Positions 35,097-46,966 of a stretch of 64,000 nucleotides of DNA are shown here, in pieces. Source of the DNA: Macrostomum lignano. Taxonomy: Eukaryota. The position numbers and the translations under genes are program-made. The stretch is taken from contig NIVC01002362.1 of NCBI GenBank assembly GCA_002269645.1, positions 116,687 through 180,686 on the forward strand. Reading direction: 5' to 3'. The first letter of the stretch is position 1. Each line of letters starts with the position of its first letter. Under the pieces are notes generated by a model, which had not been told where the DNA came from, searched no databases, and was given only the letters and a program-made list of their open reading frames with translations.

Positions 35097-37605
35097 ATGC
35101 AGGAGTCGCTGGATGTTAGCAAACTTTTTGGTGAGCAGTTCTCGAAATATGATTTCTCACCGGTTATCTCCATGTACATGTAATGTACTTCTCTATCTCC
35201 GTGTCTCTCCCTCTCTTATCTCCCCCTCTCTCCCTCTCTTATCCCCGTCTCTCCCTCTCTTATCTCCCTGCCTCTCCCTCTCTTATCCCCCGTCTCTCCC
35301 TCTCTTATCTCCCTGCCTCTCCCTCTCTTATCCCCCGTCTCTCCCTCTCTTATCTCCCTGCCTCTCCCTCTCTTATCCCCCGTCTCTCCCTCTCTTATCT
35401 CCCTGCCTCTCCCTCTCTTATCCCCCGTCTCTCCCTCTCTTATCTCCCTGCCTCTCCCTCTCTTATCCCCCGTCTCTCCCTCTCTTATCTCCCTGCCTCT
35501 CCCTCTCTTATCTCCCTGTCTCTCCCTCTCTTATCCCCCGTCTCTCCCTCTCTTATCTCCCTGCCTCTCCCTCTCTTATCCCCCGTCTCTCCCTCTCTTA
35601 TCTCCCTGCCTCTCCCTCTCTTATCCCCCGTCTCTCCCTCTCTTATCTCCCTGCCTCTCCCTCTCTTATCCCCCGTCTCTCCCTCTCTTATCTCCCTGCC
35701 TCTCCCTCTCTTATCCCCCGTCTCTCCCTCTCTTATCTCCCTGCCTCTCCCTCTCTTATCCCCCGTCTCTCCCTCTCTTATCTCCCTGCCTCTCCCTCTC
35801 TTATCCCCCGTCTCTCCCTCTCTTATCTCCCTGCCTCTCCCTCTCTTATCCCCCGTCTCTCCCTTCTTATCTCCCTGCCTCTCCCTCTCTTATCTCCCTG
35901 TCTCTCCCTCTCTTATCTCCCTGTCTCTCCCTCTCTTATCTCCCTGTCTCTCCCTCTCTTATCTCCCTGTCTCTCCCTCTCTTATCTCCCCGCCTCTGCC
36001 TCTCTTATCACACTGTCTCTTCCTCTCTTATCTCCCCGTCTCCCTCTCCTATCTCAAGCCAGTAATCTCAAACTAAGAATTCCACAAGGCTCTGAGAGGC
36101 CCCAATTGCCCCCCTCACCCGCAGTTCCCGGCCAGCAGACCCCCGCGGCGGCTGCTTCGCAGCTTCGCCGGTCCAGCGTGGACTCGCTCTCGCGATCTCG
36201 CCGCGGCAGCTCCGACATGGCCGCCCGCCTGGAGGTCGACCTGAAGTCGCACATGTTCCAGCCAGCCTGTGAGCTCGGGGAGGTTTGCATTTGAGAATGC
36301 TCGAATGTTAATGAGGTTATAGTTGAGAAGTACATGTAGAATCTCACTGAGATTGTCTTTGAGAACTTAAATCTAAATTTGATTATCTTAAAGAACTACC
36401 CCGTGGTATAGAATCCTAATGAGATTATCTTTGAGAACTGAAAGCTCAATGTGATTTATCTTAGAGAAATAAAATCTCATAGAGATTATCTTTGAAACCT
36501 TAAATCTCGAAAATTGTCTTTGAGAACTCGAATCTCATAGTGATAATCTTTGAGAACTCAAATCTCAGTGATATTATTTTTGAGAATTCCAATCTCATGG
36601 AGACAATCTTTAAAACGTTAATCTCATAGATTATTCGTGAGAACTCGAATCTCATAGAGATTATCTTTGAGCACTCAAATCTCATACAGACTATCTTTGA
36701 GAACTCAAATCTCATAGAGATTATCTTTGAGAACTCAAATCTCATAGAGATTATCTTTGAGAACTCAAATCTCATAGAGATTATATTTGAAGTTCCACCC
36801 GGCCCGCAGCGCCCCGCGCCGGCCCCGTCTCGCCCATCCCGTTCCCGCCATGCTTCTCCGGCGACATCAGCGAAGACCTGGAGGCCCAGGTGGACGACAA
36901 AGTCACCATCGCCTGCATTGTGCACGGGCACCCCAAGCCGGAGGTCGCCTGGCACAAGGACGGCGTGCTGCTGCTGCAGAACAGCCACGGCATTGAGGTG
37001 GGGCGCCTGCACGGCGCTTTCATGCGTTGTTGAACCGCTTGCTGTACTCGTAACTGCTTTGCAGGCCATGATTCCTTCCCCTCTCTCCTCTCCCCTCTCC
37101 CCTACTCTCTCCTTCCCCTCTCCCCTACTCTCTCCTTCCCCTCTCCCCTACTCTCTCCTTCCTCTCTCCCCTACTCTCTCCTTCCTCTCTCCCCTACTCT
37201 CTCCTTCCCCTCTCCCCTACTCTCCTTCCCCACTCCCCTACTCTCTCCTTCCCCTCTCCCCTACTCTCTCCTTCCCCTCTCCCCTACTCTCTCCTTCCCC
37301 TCTCCCCTACTCTCTCCTTCCCCTCTCCCCTACTCTCTCCTTCCCCTCTCCCCTACTCTCTCCTTCCCCTCTCCCCTACTCTCTCCTTCCCCTCTCCCCT
37401 ACTCTCTCCTTCCCCTCTCCCCTACTCTCTCCTTCCCCTCTTCTCTTCCCTTCTCTCCCTCTCCCTCTCTCACTCTTCCTCTCCTTCTCTCCCTCTCCCT
37501 TCTCTCACTCTCCCTCTCCTTCTCTCCCTCTCCTTCTCTCCTTCTCTCACTCTCTCTCTCCCTCTGACTCTCCCTCTCCCTCTCACTCTCCCTTTTCTCA
37601 CTCTC

Positions 37606-37644
<39 letters not shown>

Positions 37645-38693
37645 TCTCTCACTCATTCTCCCTCTCTCTCTCACTCTCCCTCTCCTCTCCTTTTCCCTTT
37701 TCTCACTCTCCTCTCCCTCTCCTTTTTCTCACTCTCCCTCTCCGTCTACCTTCTCTTCCTCTTCCTATTATCCTATTAGATCTGCCATCTCCTTCCATTG
37801 CGGAAAACCAAATTTCGTTCACCATCAAGCGAGTTTGTGCAGGGACCTCTTCCCCTCAAGTGTCGCCTGTCATTCTAGCTGTGATTCACTCCAGCTGTCA
37901 CTCCAGCTGTCACTCCAGCTGTCACTCTCTATCTCTTCTACACTCACTCGCCCTTCCTATCTTCTCTCCCGGATGAAGCGCTGAGCACAGCTAAACTGCA
38001 ACTCATCTGAACCACCAGCCGCCCCGAACCCGCTCCTCCGCCGTAGCTGTGGTCGCAGGGGTTCGAGCACCGGCTGGTGATCCCGTACGTGGGCCACGAG
38101 CACGCTGGCGTGTACTGCATCGCTGCGGCCAACTCGCTCGGCCAAGCCGAGTGCCACTGCGTCATCAGCGTGATCGACGAGCCTGCGGACAGCGGAGTCG
38201 AGATGCTCGCCGCCTCGGCTGCATCGCTGGACACTCCGGCGGCTCGCGGCTGCTGCACAGCCGACTGCCTGGTGCCGCCCGAGCTGCTGAGTCTGTTCAG
38301 GGACAGGTACTGCCGGGCTGGCGAGCCTGTCACTCTGGAGTGCGAGGTGGCCGCCTCGCCAGCGCCGAAGGTGACTTGACCTGTCACTCTGTCTGTCACT
38401 TGGTTGTCACTCTGTGTCGTCTGTCACTACAGCTTTCACTCGGGTTGTCACTCTGTATCGTCTTTCACTACGGCAGTCACTCTGACCAACACCTAGCACT
38501 TTGCATATTTCTCGGCATTTTATGATCACAAGCAGCTGCCTCCCCCTACTTTTGTGTGGCTTCTGTCACTCCCTCATTGATGTCTCTCACTCTCTCACTC
38601 TCTCTCTCTCTCTCTCTCTCTCTCATTGATGTCTGTCACTCCATCATTGATGTCTCTCTCTCTCTCTCATTGACGTCTGTCACTCCCTCATTG

Positions 38694-38777
<84 letters not shown>

Positions 38778-38863
38778 GATGTCTGTCACTCCCTCATTGA
38801 TGTCTGTCACTCCCTCATTGATGTCTCTCTCTCTCATTGATGTCTGTCACTCCCTCATTGTTG

Positions 38864-38894
<31 letters not shown>

Positions 38895-38916
38895 GATGTC
38901 TGTCACTCCCTCATTG

Positions 38917-38950
<34 letters not shown>

Positions 38951-39666
38951 GATGTCTGTCACTCCCTCATTAATGTCTGTCACTCCCTCATTGATGTCTC
39001 TCACTCTCTCATTGATGTTTCTCACTCTCTCATTGATGTCAGTCACTCCCTCATTGATGTCTGTCACTCTCTCATTGATGTCTGTCACTCTCTCATTGAT
39101 GTCTGTCACTCTCTCATTGATGTCTGTCACTCTCTCATTGATTTCACTTTCTCTCTCATTGATGTCTGTCACTCTCTCATTGATGTCTGTCACTCCCTCA
39201 TTGATTTCACTTTCTCCCACATTGATGTCAGTCACTCCCTCATTGATGTCTCTCACTCTCTCATTGATGTCACTTTCTCCCTCATTGATGTCTCTCACTC
39301 TCTCATTGATGTCTCTCACTCTCTCATTGATGTCTGTCACTCCCTCGTTGATGTCTCTCACTCTCTCATTGATGTCTGTCACTCCCTCGTTGATGTCTCT
39401 CACTCTCTCATTGATGTCTGTCACTCGCTGCCTTATAATTGCCTCCAATCCGTCTGCAGGTCGCGTGGAGCTTCAACGGGCAGCCCATCGATTCCTCTGA
39501 CCGGCGGTTCACCGTCAGCAGCAGAGGCCGTCTGCACCGCCTCCGGCTGGCCCGAGCCACCCCCGCCGAGTCCGGGCGCATCTGCCTGGCCGCCGAGAAC
39601 GACGCCGGTTCGGCCACCTGCGGCGCGCTACTCATCGTTGAAGATCCCGACAGTGGTCGAGTGTGA
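35097..39666 (+). CDS. Protein with two I-set immunoglobulin domains (titin/palladin-like intracellular Ig); probable exons (35097)..35130, 36125..36268, 36810..36997, 38047..38370, 39460..39666; a further exon near 40350-40498 is possible
   Basis: PPCF..VTIACIVHGHPKPEVAWHKDG..|..HRLVI..AGVY..ANSLGQAEC and VTLECEVAASPAPK|VAWSFNGQPI..HRLRL..SG..AENDAGSATC. The last three junctions are clean phase 0; the 5' exons are uncertain. Confidence 0.78.
35195..36052. repeat. Pyrimidine-rich minisatellite (CTCTCCCTCTCTTATCCCCCGT / CTCCCTGC), intronic
   Basis: Direct reading. Confidence 0.93.
36400..36790. repeat. 30-bp minisatellite (GAGATTATCTTTGAGAACTCAAATCTCATA), intronic
   Basis: Direct reading. 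Confidence 0.9.
37075..37760. repeat. CT-rich minisatellite / low-complexity tract, intronic
   Basis: Direct reading. Confidence 0.9.
38385..39425. repeat. Compound repeat: CTCATTGATGTCTGTCACTC units interleaved with (CT)n, intronic
   Basis: Direct reading. Confidence 0.9.
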
Positions 39667-39699
39667 GCAGGGCGGAGTGTTAAGGGTGCCGTTTTTTCA

Positions 39700-40325
39700 G
39701 GTCATGACCTCCATTAGTGCCAACCTGGAGCAGGACAGTTAAGGTCATGACCTCTATTAGTGCCAACCTGGAGCAGGACAGTTAAGGTCATGACCTCTAT
39801 TAGTGCCAACCTGGAGCAGGACAGTTAAGGTCATGACCTCTATTAGTGTCAATCCAGAGCAGGACAGTTAAGGTCATGACCCCTATTAGTGCAAACCCCA
39901 GAGCAGGGCAGTTAAGGTCATGACCCCTATTAGTGCAAACCCCAGAGCAGGGCAGTTAAGGTCATGACCTCTATAAGTGACAACCCGGAGCAGGACAGTT
40001 AAGGTCATGACCTCTATTAGTGCCAACTTAAAGCAGGACATTTAAGGTCATGACCTCTATTAGTGCAAACCCCAGAGCAGGGCAGTTAAGGTCATGACCC
40101 CTATTAGTGCAAACCCCAGAGCAGGGCAGTTAGGGTCATGACCTCTATAAGTGACAACCCGGAGCAGGACAGTTAAGGTCATGACCTCTATTAGTGCCAA
40201 CTTAAAGCAGGACATTTAAGGTCATGACCTCTATTAGTGAAAGCTCGGAGCAGGACATTTAAGGTCATGACCTCTATTAGTGCCGACCCGGAGCAGGGCA
40301 GTTAAGGTTATGACCCGTAGTGTTA
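39700..40325. repeat. 43-bp minisatellite (GGTCATGACCTCTATTAGTGCCAACCTGGAGCAGGACAGTTAA), ~14 copies
   Basis: Direct reading. Confidence 0.93.
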
Positions 40326-41194
40326 AAGCATGGGATTACAAGGCGCACATACAGAAAGTGCAGACACCCAGTCATCTCAACCGCAATTCCAGCTGCAGCC
40401 AGAAAGTCATTCGAGCGTCCACCAAGCTGTTCAACCGGAGGGCCGAGAAGCCGTCACGTGACTGGCAGACAACTCCGGGTTATTCGCTGGTGACTTGATT
40501 TTTTGAATATTCGTCAAATTTGTTTATCTTTTGCATAGTTTAGCAGTTTGAAATTTCCATGCACAAATATTTGGTTTTAAATGCCCGTCTAATGCAATTT
40601 ATATATCGTCGATAATTTTTTAAGATTTTGTTTTACTGCATCGGTATTGTTACTTTGTTAATCTGCGCTCGAAAAATCCAGTATAAAATTGTATTACTTC
40701 CAGGAATTACCTCAGGTTAGTTAATTATCCATGAAATCGGTTCATTCTAACACAATAAACTGCACTGAAGTGTCCTGAATGAATGCAGTCAATTATTATT
40801 TATGCGATTAAATTTGCTTTTGCGTTAAATTTTTTTTTATTTGCAAGTTTCGGGGAATCGTAGGATTAGAAGCTTAAATTAAAATTGAACTAATTACATG
40901 ATTTAAACAAATGGCGGAGAAGCTCTGTCAGAAATGACGGGATGCTCAACAAAATTGCAAAAACTAACGAAATTTCAGTAAAGAATTAAAACGATAGCGC
41001 CATCAACACTTTGCGAAGCTCTACAAACCAACTGATTTGAATAAGCAAAGAGAGTTTAAATAAACGGTTCGTTTTGTCTAATTAAATATACTGATAGCGT
41101 GCTTGAGTTATTGCTCATTAAATTAAAAGTGACGAGTTGACCCCCGTTTAATTTAAGGCTGGGGCAGTTTAAAACCCCTGCAGCGGAGATAAGT

Positions 41195-42435
41195 GGGGTG
41201 ATTGGCCTCTAAAACACTTTTTATTGGTGACAGGTAGGGTGATTGGCCTCTAAAACACTTTTTATTGGTAAGAGGTGGGTGATTGGCCTCTAAAACACTT
41301 TTAATTGGTGAGAGGTGGGTGATTGGCCTCTAAAACACTTTTTACTGGTGAGAGGTGGGATGATTGGCCTCTAAAACACTTCTTATTGGTGAGAGGTGCG
41401 GTGATTGGCCTCTAAAACACTTTTTATTGGTAAGAGGTGGGTGATTGGCCTCTAAAACACTTTTTACTGGTGAGAGGTGGGATGATTGGCCTCTAAAACA
41501 CTTCTTATTGGTGAGAGGTGGGGTGATTGGCCTCTAAAACACTTTTAATTGGTGAGAGGTGGGTGATTGGCCTCTAAAACACTTTTAATTGGTGAGGGGT
41601 GGGTGATTGGCCTCTAAAACACTTTTTACTGGTGAGGGGTGGGTGATTGGCCTCTAAAACACTTTTAATTGGTGAGAGGTGGGTGATTGGCCTCTAAAAT
41701 ACTTTTTACTGGTGAGGGGTGGGTGATTGGCCTCTAAAACACTTTTAATTGGTGAGGGGTGGGTGATTGGCCTCTAAAACACTTTTTACTGGTGAGAGGT
41801 GGGATGATTGGCCTCTAAAACACTTCTTATTGGTGAGAGGTGGGGTGATTGGCCTCTAAAACACTTTTAATTGGTGAGAGGTGGGTGATTGGCCTCTAAA
41901 ACACTTTTAATTGGTGAGGGGTGGGTGATTGGCCTCTAAAACACTTTTTACTGGTGAGAGGTGGGATGATTGGCCTCTAAAACACTTCTTATTGGTGAGA
42001 GGTGGGGTGATTGGCCTCTAAAACACTTTTAATTGGTGAGAGGTGGGTGATTGGCCTCTAAAACACTTTTAATTGGTGAGGGGTGGGTGATTGGCCTCTA
42101 AAACACTTTTTACTGGTGAGGGGTGGGTGATTGGCCTCTAAAACACTTTTAATTGGTGAGGGGTGGGTGATTGGCCTCTAAAACACTTTTTACTGGTGAG
42201 GGGTGGGTGATTGGCCTCTAAAACACTTTTAATTGGTGAGGGGTGGGTGATTGGCCTCTAAAACACTTTTAATTGGTGAGGGGTGGGTGATTGGCCTCTA
42301 AAACACTTTTAATTGGTGAGGGATGGGTGATTGGCCTCTAAAACACTTTTAATTGGTGAGGGGTGGGTGATTGGCCTCTAAAATACTTTTTACTGGTGAG
42401 GGGTTGGTGGTAATTGGCCTCTAAAACACTTTTTA
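41195..42435. repeat. 39/40-bp minisatellite (GGGTGATTGGCCTCTAAAACACTTTTAATTGGTGAGAGGT), ~31 copies
   Basis: Direct reading. Confidence 0.95.
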
Positions 42436-42498
42436 TTGTTTTATTGTGAGGGTTGGGCGAGTCATGAAGCAGTCAGTTTCGAAGGCGGGTCAGGCGCT

Positions 42499-45400
42499 TT
42501 AGCTGCTGCCGGCAGTCCTGGACACGACAGTTGGCGGCCGGTCCGTTTTGATGGCCCTCAGGGTCACACCGAACCGGCTGCCGCCGGACGGCGCTGCGAC
42601 AGGTTTGAGCTGCATCTGTGGCTTCGGCTTCGCCTGCTCCGAAGGCTTCTTCTGTTCCGACGACTTGGAGCCGCCGTCGCCGCTGAACAGCCGCTCGTCG
42701 AAGCCCTGGTAGAAGCGTCGCTTCGCAGACGGTGCAGGAGCGGCTGCGGGTTCCGCTGGCTGTGTCGTCGGTGGAGTCGGCGCCTCTCTCGTCTCTGGCA
42801 GGTCGGGACTCGCAGATCTGCGATTTTCCTGGAACTGCTGCTTCTGCTGCTGTGGCTGCTGTTGTTGCTTCTGCTGCTGCTGCAGGTTGTACCGATGGTG
42901 CACAAACTTTGGCACGCTGGTGGCGACGCTGAGACCGCGAGCCGCCGCGGCTGCTGGCAGCTCGGCTGTCGCGGTTCGACGAGAGGCCACCGGGCGGCTG
43001 AGGAGAAGTCAGGAGGAGTTTTGTCAGTCGCAGGGGAGTAGGGAATTAAGGAACTTTGCTTGAACAAAGCTTCGCTTCGCCTTTGACTCACCCGGCCGAG
43101 TGGCTCTTTCTCGATGCACCGCTGCTCCTGTCCAGACTGCTCGAGCCTCGCAACTTGTACTTGCCAATCTCGTCCACAATGACCTGCAGCGTGGCCCTCA
43201 GCTGAAATGTCAATTAAATAGAATTCATTTTACTCAGGGGCGTCGATCGCCACCTGTAAAAGCTATAGGAATGGGGGGGACATGCCAATGCTTTCCCCAC
43301 CCAATCTTGCGACTCGTTATGTAAATCAATAACTTCAGTGGCGGATCCTGGGGGGGGGGCCAAGGGGGCCATGGCCCCCCCCCCTCAGCTGCCTCGAAAA
43401 AAATTCTGCTCTTGGTCTTTGGCCCCCTTCTAAGTAAGTAAAGGGCTTGGGCCTTGGGGTGGGTTCCTACTCGGGGCAGGGGCAGGGCTCAGACAGAGAC
43501 CTGTTATTCATTAATTTTTCGCTATTTTTACAAACCATCCCACATCGCCTTGATTTGCCAATTGCCATCCTTGTTTAACTGCTGCGACTTGTCTATACAG
43601 AGGACAGTACATGTAGTTTGAATCTCTCGCTAAACTCTCTCCTGAGTTTAGTCTCCTGAGTCTCCTGAGTCCTCATTTTGAATGATTGCTTCTGCCAGTT
43701 AATACTTGTAACTTAAAAGTATGAAAAAAGTTGGCCCCCCCCTCAAGAAATTCCTGGATCCGCGCCTGAATAACTTTGCTTCAGGGCGACAAAATATATC
43801 GCCTGCGGCGCCAAAATGAGTGCCTACGGCGCCAAAATGAGTGCCTGCGGCGTCAAAATGAGTGCCTGCGGCGCGAAAATGAGTGCCTGCGGCGCCAAAA
43901 TGAGTGCCTGTGGCGCCAAAATGAGTGCCTACGGCGCCAAAATGAGTGCCTGCGGTGCCAAATGAGTGTCTGCGGCGCTAAAATGAGTGCCTGCGGCGCT
44001 AAAATGAGTGCCTGCGGCGCCGCTAAAATGAGTGCCTCCGGCGCTAAAATGAGTGCCTGCGGCGCTAAAATGAGTGCCTGCGGCGTCAAAAAAAGTGCCT
44101 GCGGCGCTAAAAATGACTGCCCGAGGTGCCAAAATGACTGCCTGTGGCGCCAAAATTAGCACTGAAAACACTTATTTTAAAATAATGTACATGTAGATGT
44201 ACATGTAATGTACATATGTAGAATTCTTGACTTTGCCTCCCCACTTACCATAAAATCCATGGCGACGCCACTGATTTTATTAATTACCCACGGTATCAAA
44301 AATAAAAAAATGACTGGACTAAAATTTCATTACCTCGTCTTGTCTGGCGGGCCGGTTCTCCTCAGATTCCAACTTGATAGAACTGATCTGTGAAAGGGGA
44401 GAGCGTTTGACTATCAAACTTGGAAGATGATTTATAGGTTAAAGATATGAAGGTAAATAATTGAGCATCAAGGAACCTCCTCAACCGCGCCCTGGAACCG
44501 GTCCAGCCACTGGTCCACCACCAGGCGCAGCTGCTGACTGGCGAACTGCAGCGACACCGCTCGCCAACCCAGCGCTGACTCTCCTTGGCCAGGGTCTCCT
44601 GCAGGCTCTCCGCCCGGACTCGCCACTCCGTCGATTCGCGTTGCAATCTGCCCGCCTGTGGCGTGAAGTTCGGAGCATTCAGCGATAAGATCTCTGAGAA
44701 CATTATCGAAATATATCGCCATTGAACAAAGCTCTGTGTTTATGCAGCATCAAAGCAAGCCGCCATTAACAAGCATCAAAGCACGCCGCCATTAAACAAA
44801 CATCAAAGCACGCCGCCATTAAACAAACATCAAAGCACGCCGCCATTAAACAAACATCAAAGCACGCCGCCATTAGCCAAACATCAAAGCACGCCGCCAT
44901 TCACCAAGTGTCAAAACACGCCGCAATATCCTTCCTTTCACCTGGTCGCATGTGAGCCGCATTTCCTCGATCCTTCGCCACAGTCTCCCAGTCTCTCCGC
45001 CCCATCGCTCCAGCTGCTCCAGCCGCATTTCGGCCATCTTTCCGGCCAGTTCGGCCGCCTCCTTTCGCTGGCGTTCAACCCGCCGCTCCTGCTCGGCCAG
45101 CCGCACCTGCAGTTCGGCCCGCTCCGCGTCGAACGGGCCGCCAGTCGAGTCGCCGGCGCCCCCAACGGCCGCGGAGGCGCCGGATTTCGCTGCGCCGGTG
45201 AACCGCTGGAACATCCGCGGCACCCCCGAGCCTGACGACGACACCCGAGACAGCAGCTGTCGATTCTCTTTGCTGAGTCGGCTCACCAGCTCGGAGTGCT
45301 TCTGCCGCTGCTCAGCCAGCTGAGCCTCCAGCTGGCGCAGCTGCTGGTCCCGCTGGGTCAGATCGGCTGACAGGTGCGAGAACGGCTCCAACTCTGATTG

Positions 45401-46816
45401 GCTGGCGCTGGATGACTGCTGCAGCGGATTTGGCATCTTAGCTTGATGATGGAGGCAGGAAGTTGTGTCAGCTTCAAGCTACCTCTACCAGCTACCAGCT
45501 ACCAGCTACCAGCTACCAGCTACCATCTACCAGCTACCAGCTACCAGCTACCAGCTACCAGCTAACATCTACCAGCTACCAGCTACCAGCTACCAGCTAC
45601 CAGCTACCAGCTACCAGCTACCAGCTACCATCTACCAGCTACCAGCTACCAGCTACCAGCTACAACCTACTAGCTACCAGCTACCACCTACTAGCTACCA
45701 GCTACCAGCTACCAGCTACCATCTACCACCTACCAGCTACCAGCTAACATCTACCAGCTACCGGTTGCCAGCTAACACCTAACCAGCTTACCAGCTACCA
45801 CCTACCACCTACCAGCTACCGGTTGCCAGCTACCAGCTACCAGCTACCATCTACCAGCTGCCAGCTACCAGCTACCAGCTACCAGCTACCAGCTACCAGC
45901 TACCAGCTACCACCAACCACCTACCAGCTACCGGTTGCCAGCTACCAGCTACCAGCTACCAGCTACCAGCTACCAGCTACCAGCTACCAGCTACCAGCTA
46001 CCAGCTACCAGCTACCAGCTACCAGCTACCAGCTACCAGCTACCGGTTGCCAGCTAACACCTACCAGCTTACCAGCTACCACCTACCACCTACCAGCTAC
46101 CGGTTGCCAGCTACCAGCTACCGGTTGCCAGCTACCAGCTACCAGCTACCAGCTACCAGCTACCAGCTAACACCTACAACCTACCACCTACCACCTACCA
46201 CCTACCAGCTACCAGCTACCAGCTACCAGCTACCATGCCATGGTGTCACGCCTTTTGCTATTCTACTAGAAGTAGTCCTGGAATTCCGCCAATTCGCTCA
46301 TCATCCTACTAAGAGTAGCGGAGCCAGAAAAAACCGGCCCATCCTCACCGCCCTCAGCTGAGCCTCCAGAGCCTCCCGCTGCTTCTCCCAGGCGTCGCGC
46401 TCTCGCCGACATCTGTCGGCCGCCTCGGTGTACAACCGACGGAACTCGTCGACCTCGCGCTGGTAGGCTTCGAGCTGAAGCTGCAAAGTCACCTGCTCGT
46501 GAGTCTGCTGCAGGTAGATCCGCTCCACCAGCTGCAGGTGCCGCAGGCGGACTCGAGTTGCTGTTGGCAGGTCCCCAGTCGATGACCAATGGCTTGCAAT
46601 TTCACCTTGCCCGGTTTCCTGCAAGTTGCGGGAATATTTTCCTTGAGACATTGAGAGATTGGAACACGAAGTTTGAGTCCTTTTACCGGGGTTCGGCAGA
46701 CTCCGGCGAACCCGCTCAAGGTTTGTGTCTTTTTCTCTCATCTCTCATCTCATCTCTCGCTTCTCCCCTCTACTCTTCTCACTCTCTCTCTCTCATTTGA
46801 TCTTGCGCTGGTAAAG

Positions 46817-46871
<55 letters not shown>

Positions 46872-46875
46872 AGAG

Positions 46876-46966
<91 letters not shown>

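Larger units (their letters stand above)
43235..44273. mobile_element. Outer hAT-type MITE carrying a 21-bp minisatellite, interrupted by a second MITE
   Basis: TIR CAGGGGCGTCG / (rc) CAGTGGCGTCG; 8-bp TSD ATTTTACT (43227-34) vs ATTTTATT (44274-81); homologous to 61064-61335. Confidence 0.75.

Noticed and set aside
30371-42435. CRISPR-like regularly spaced repeats (71-bp, 43-bp and 39-bp arrays)
   Set aside because: They are head-to-tail units with no unique spacers, no cas genes are present, and the context is eukaryotic with introns.
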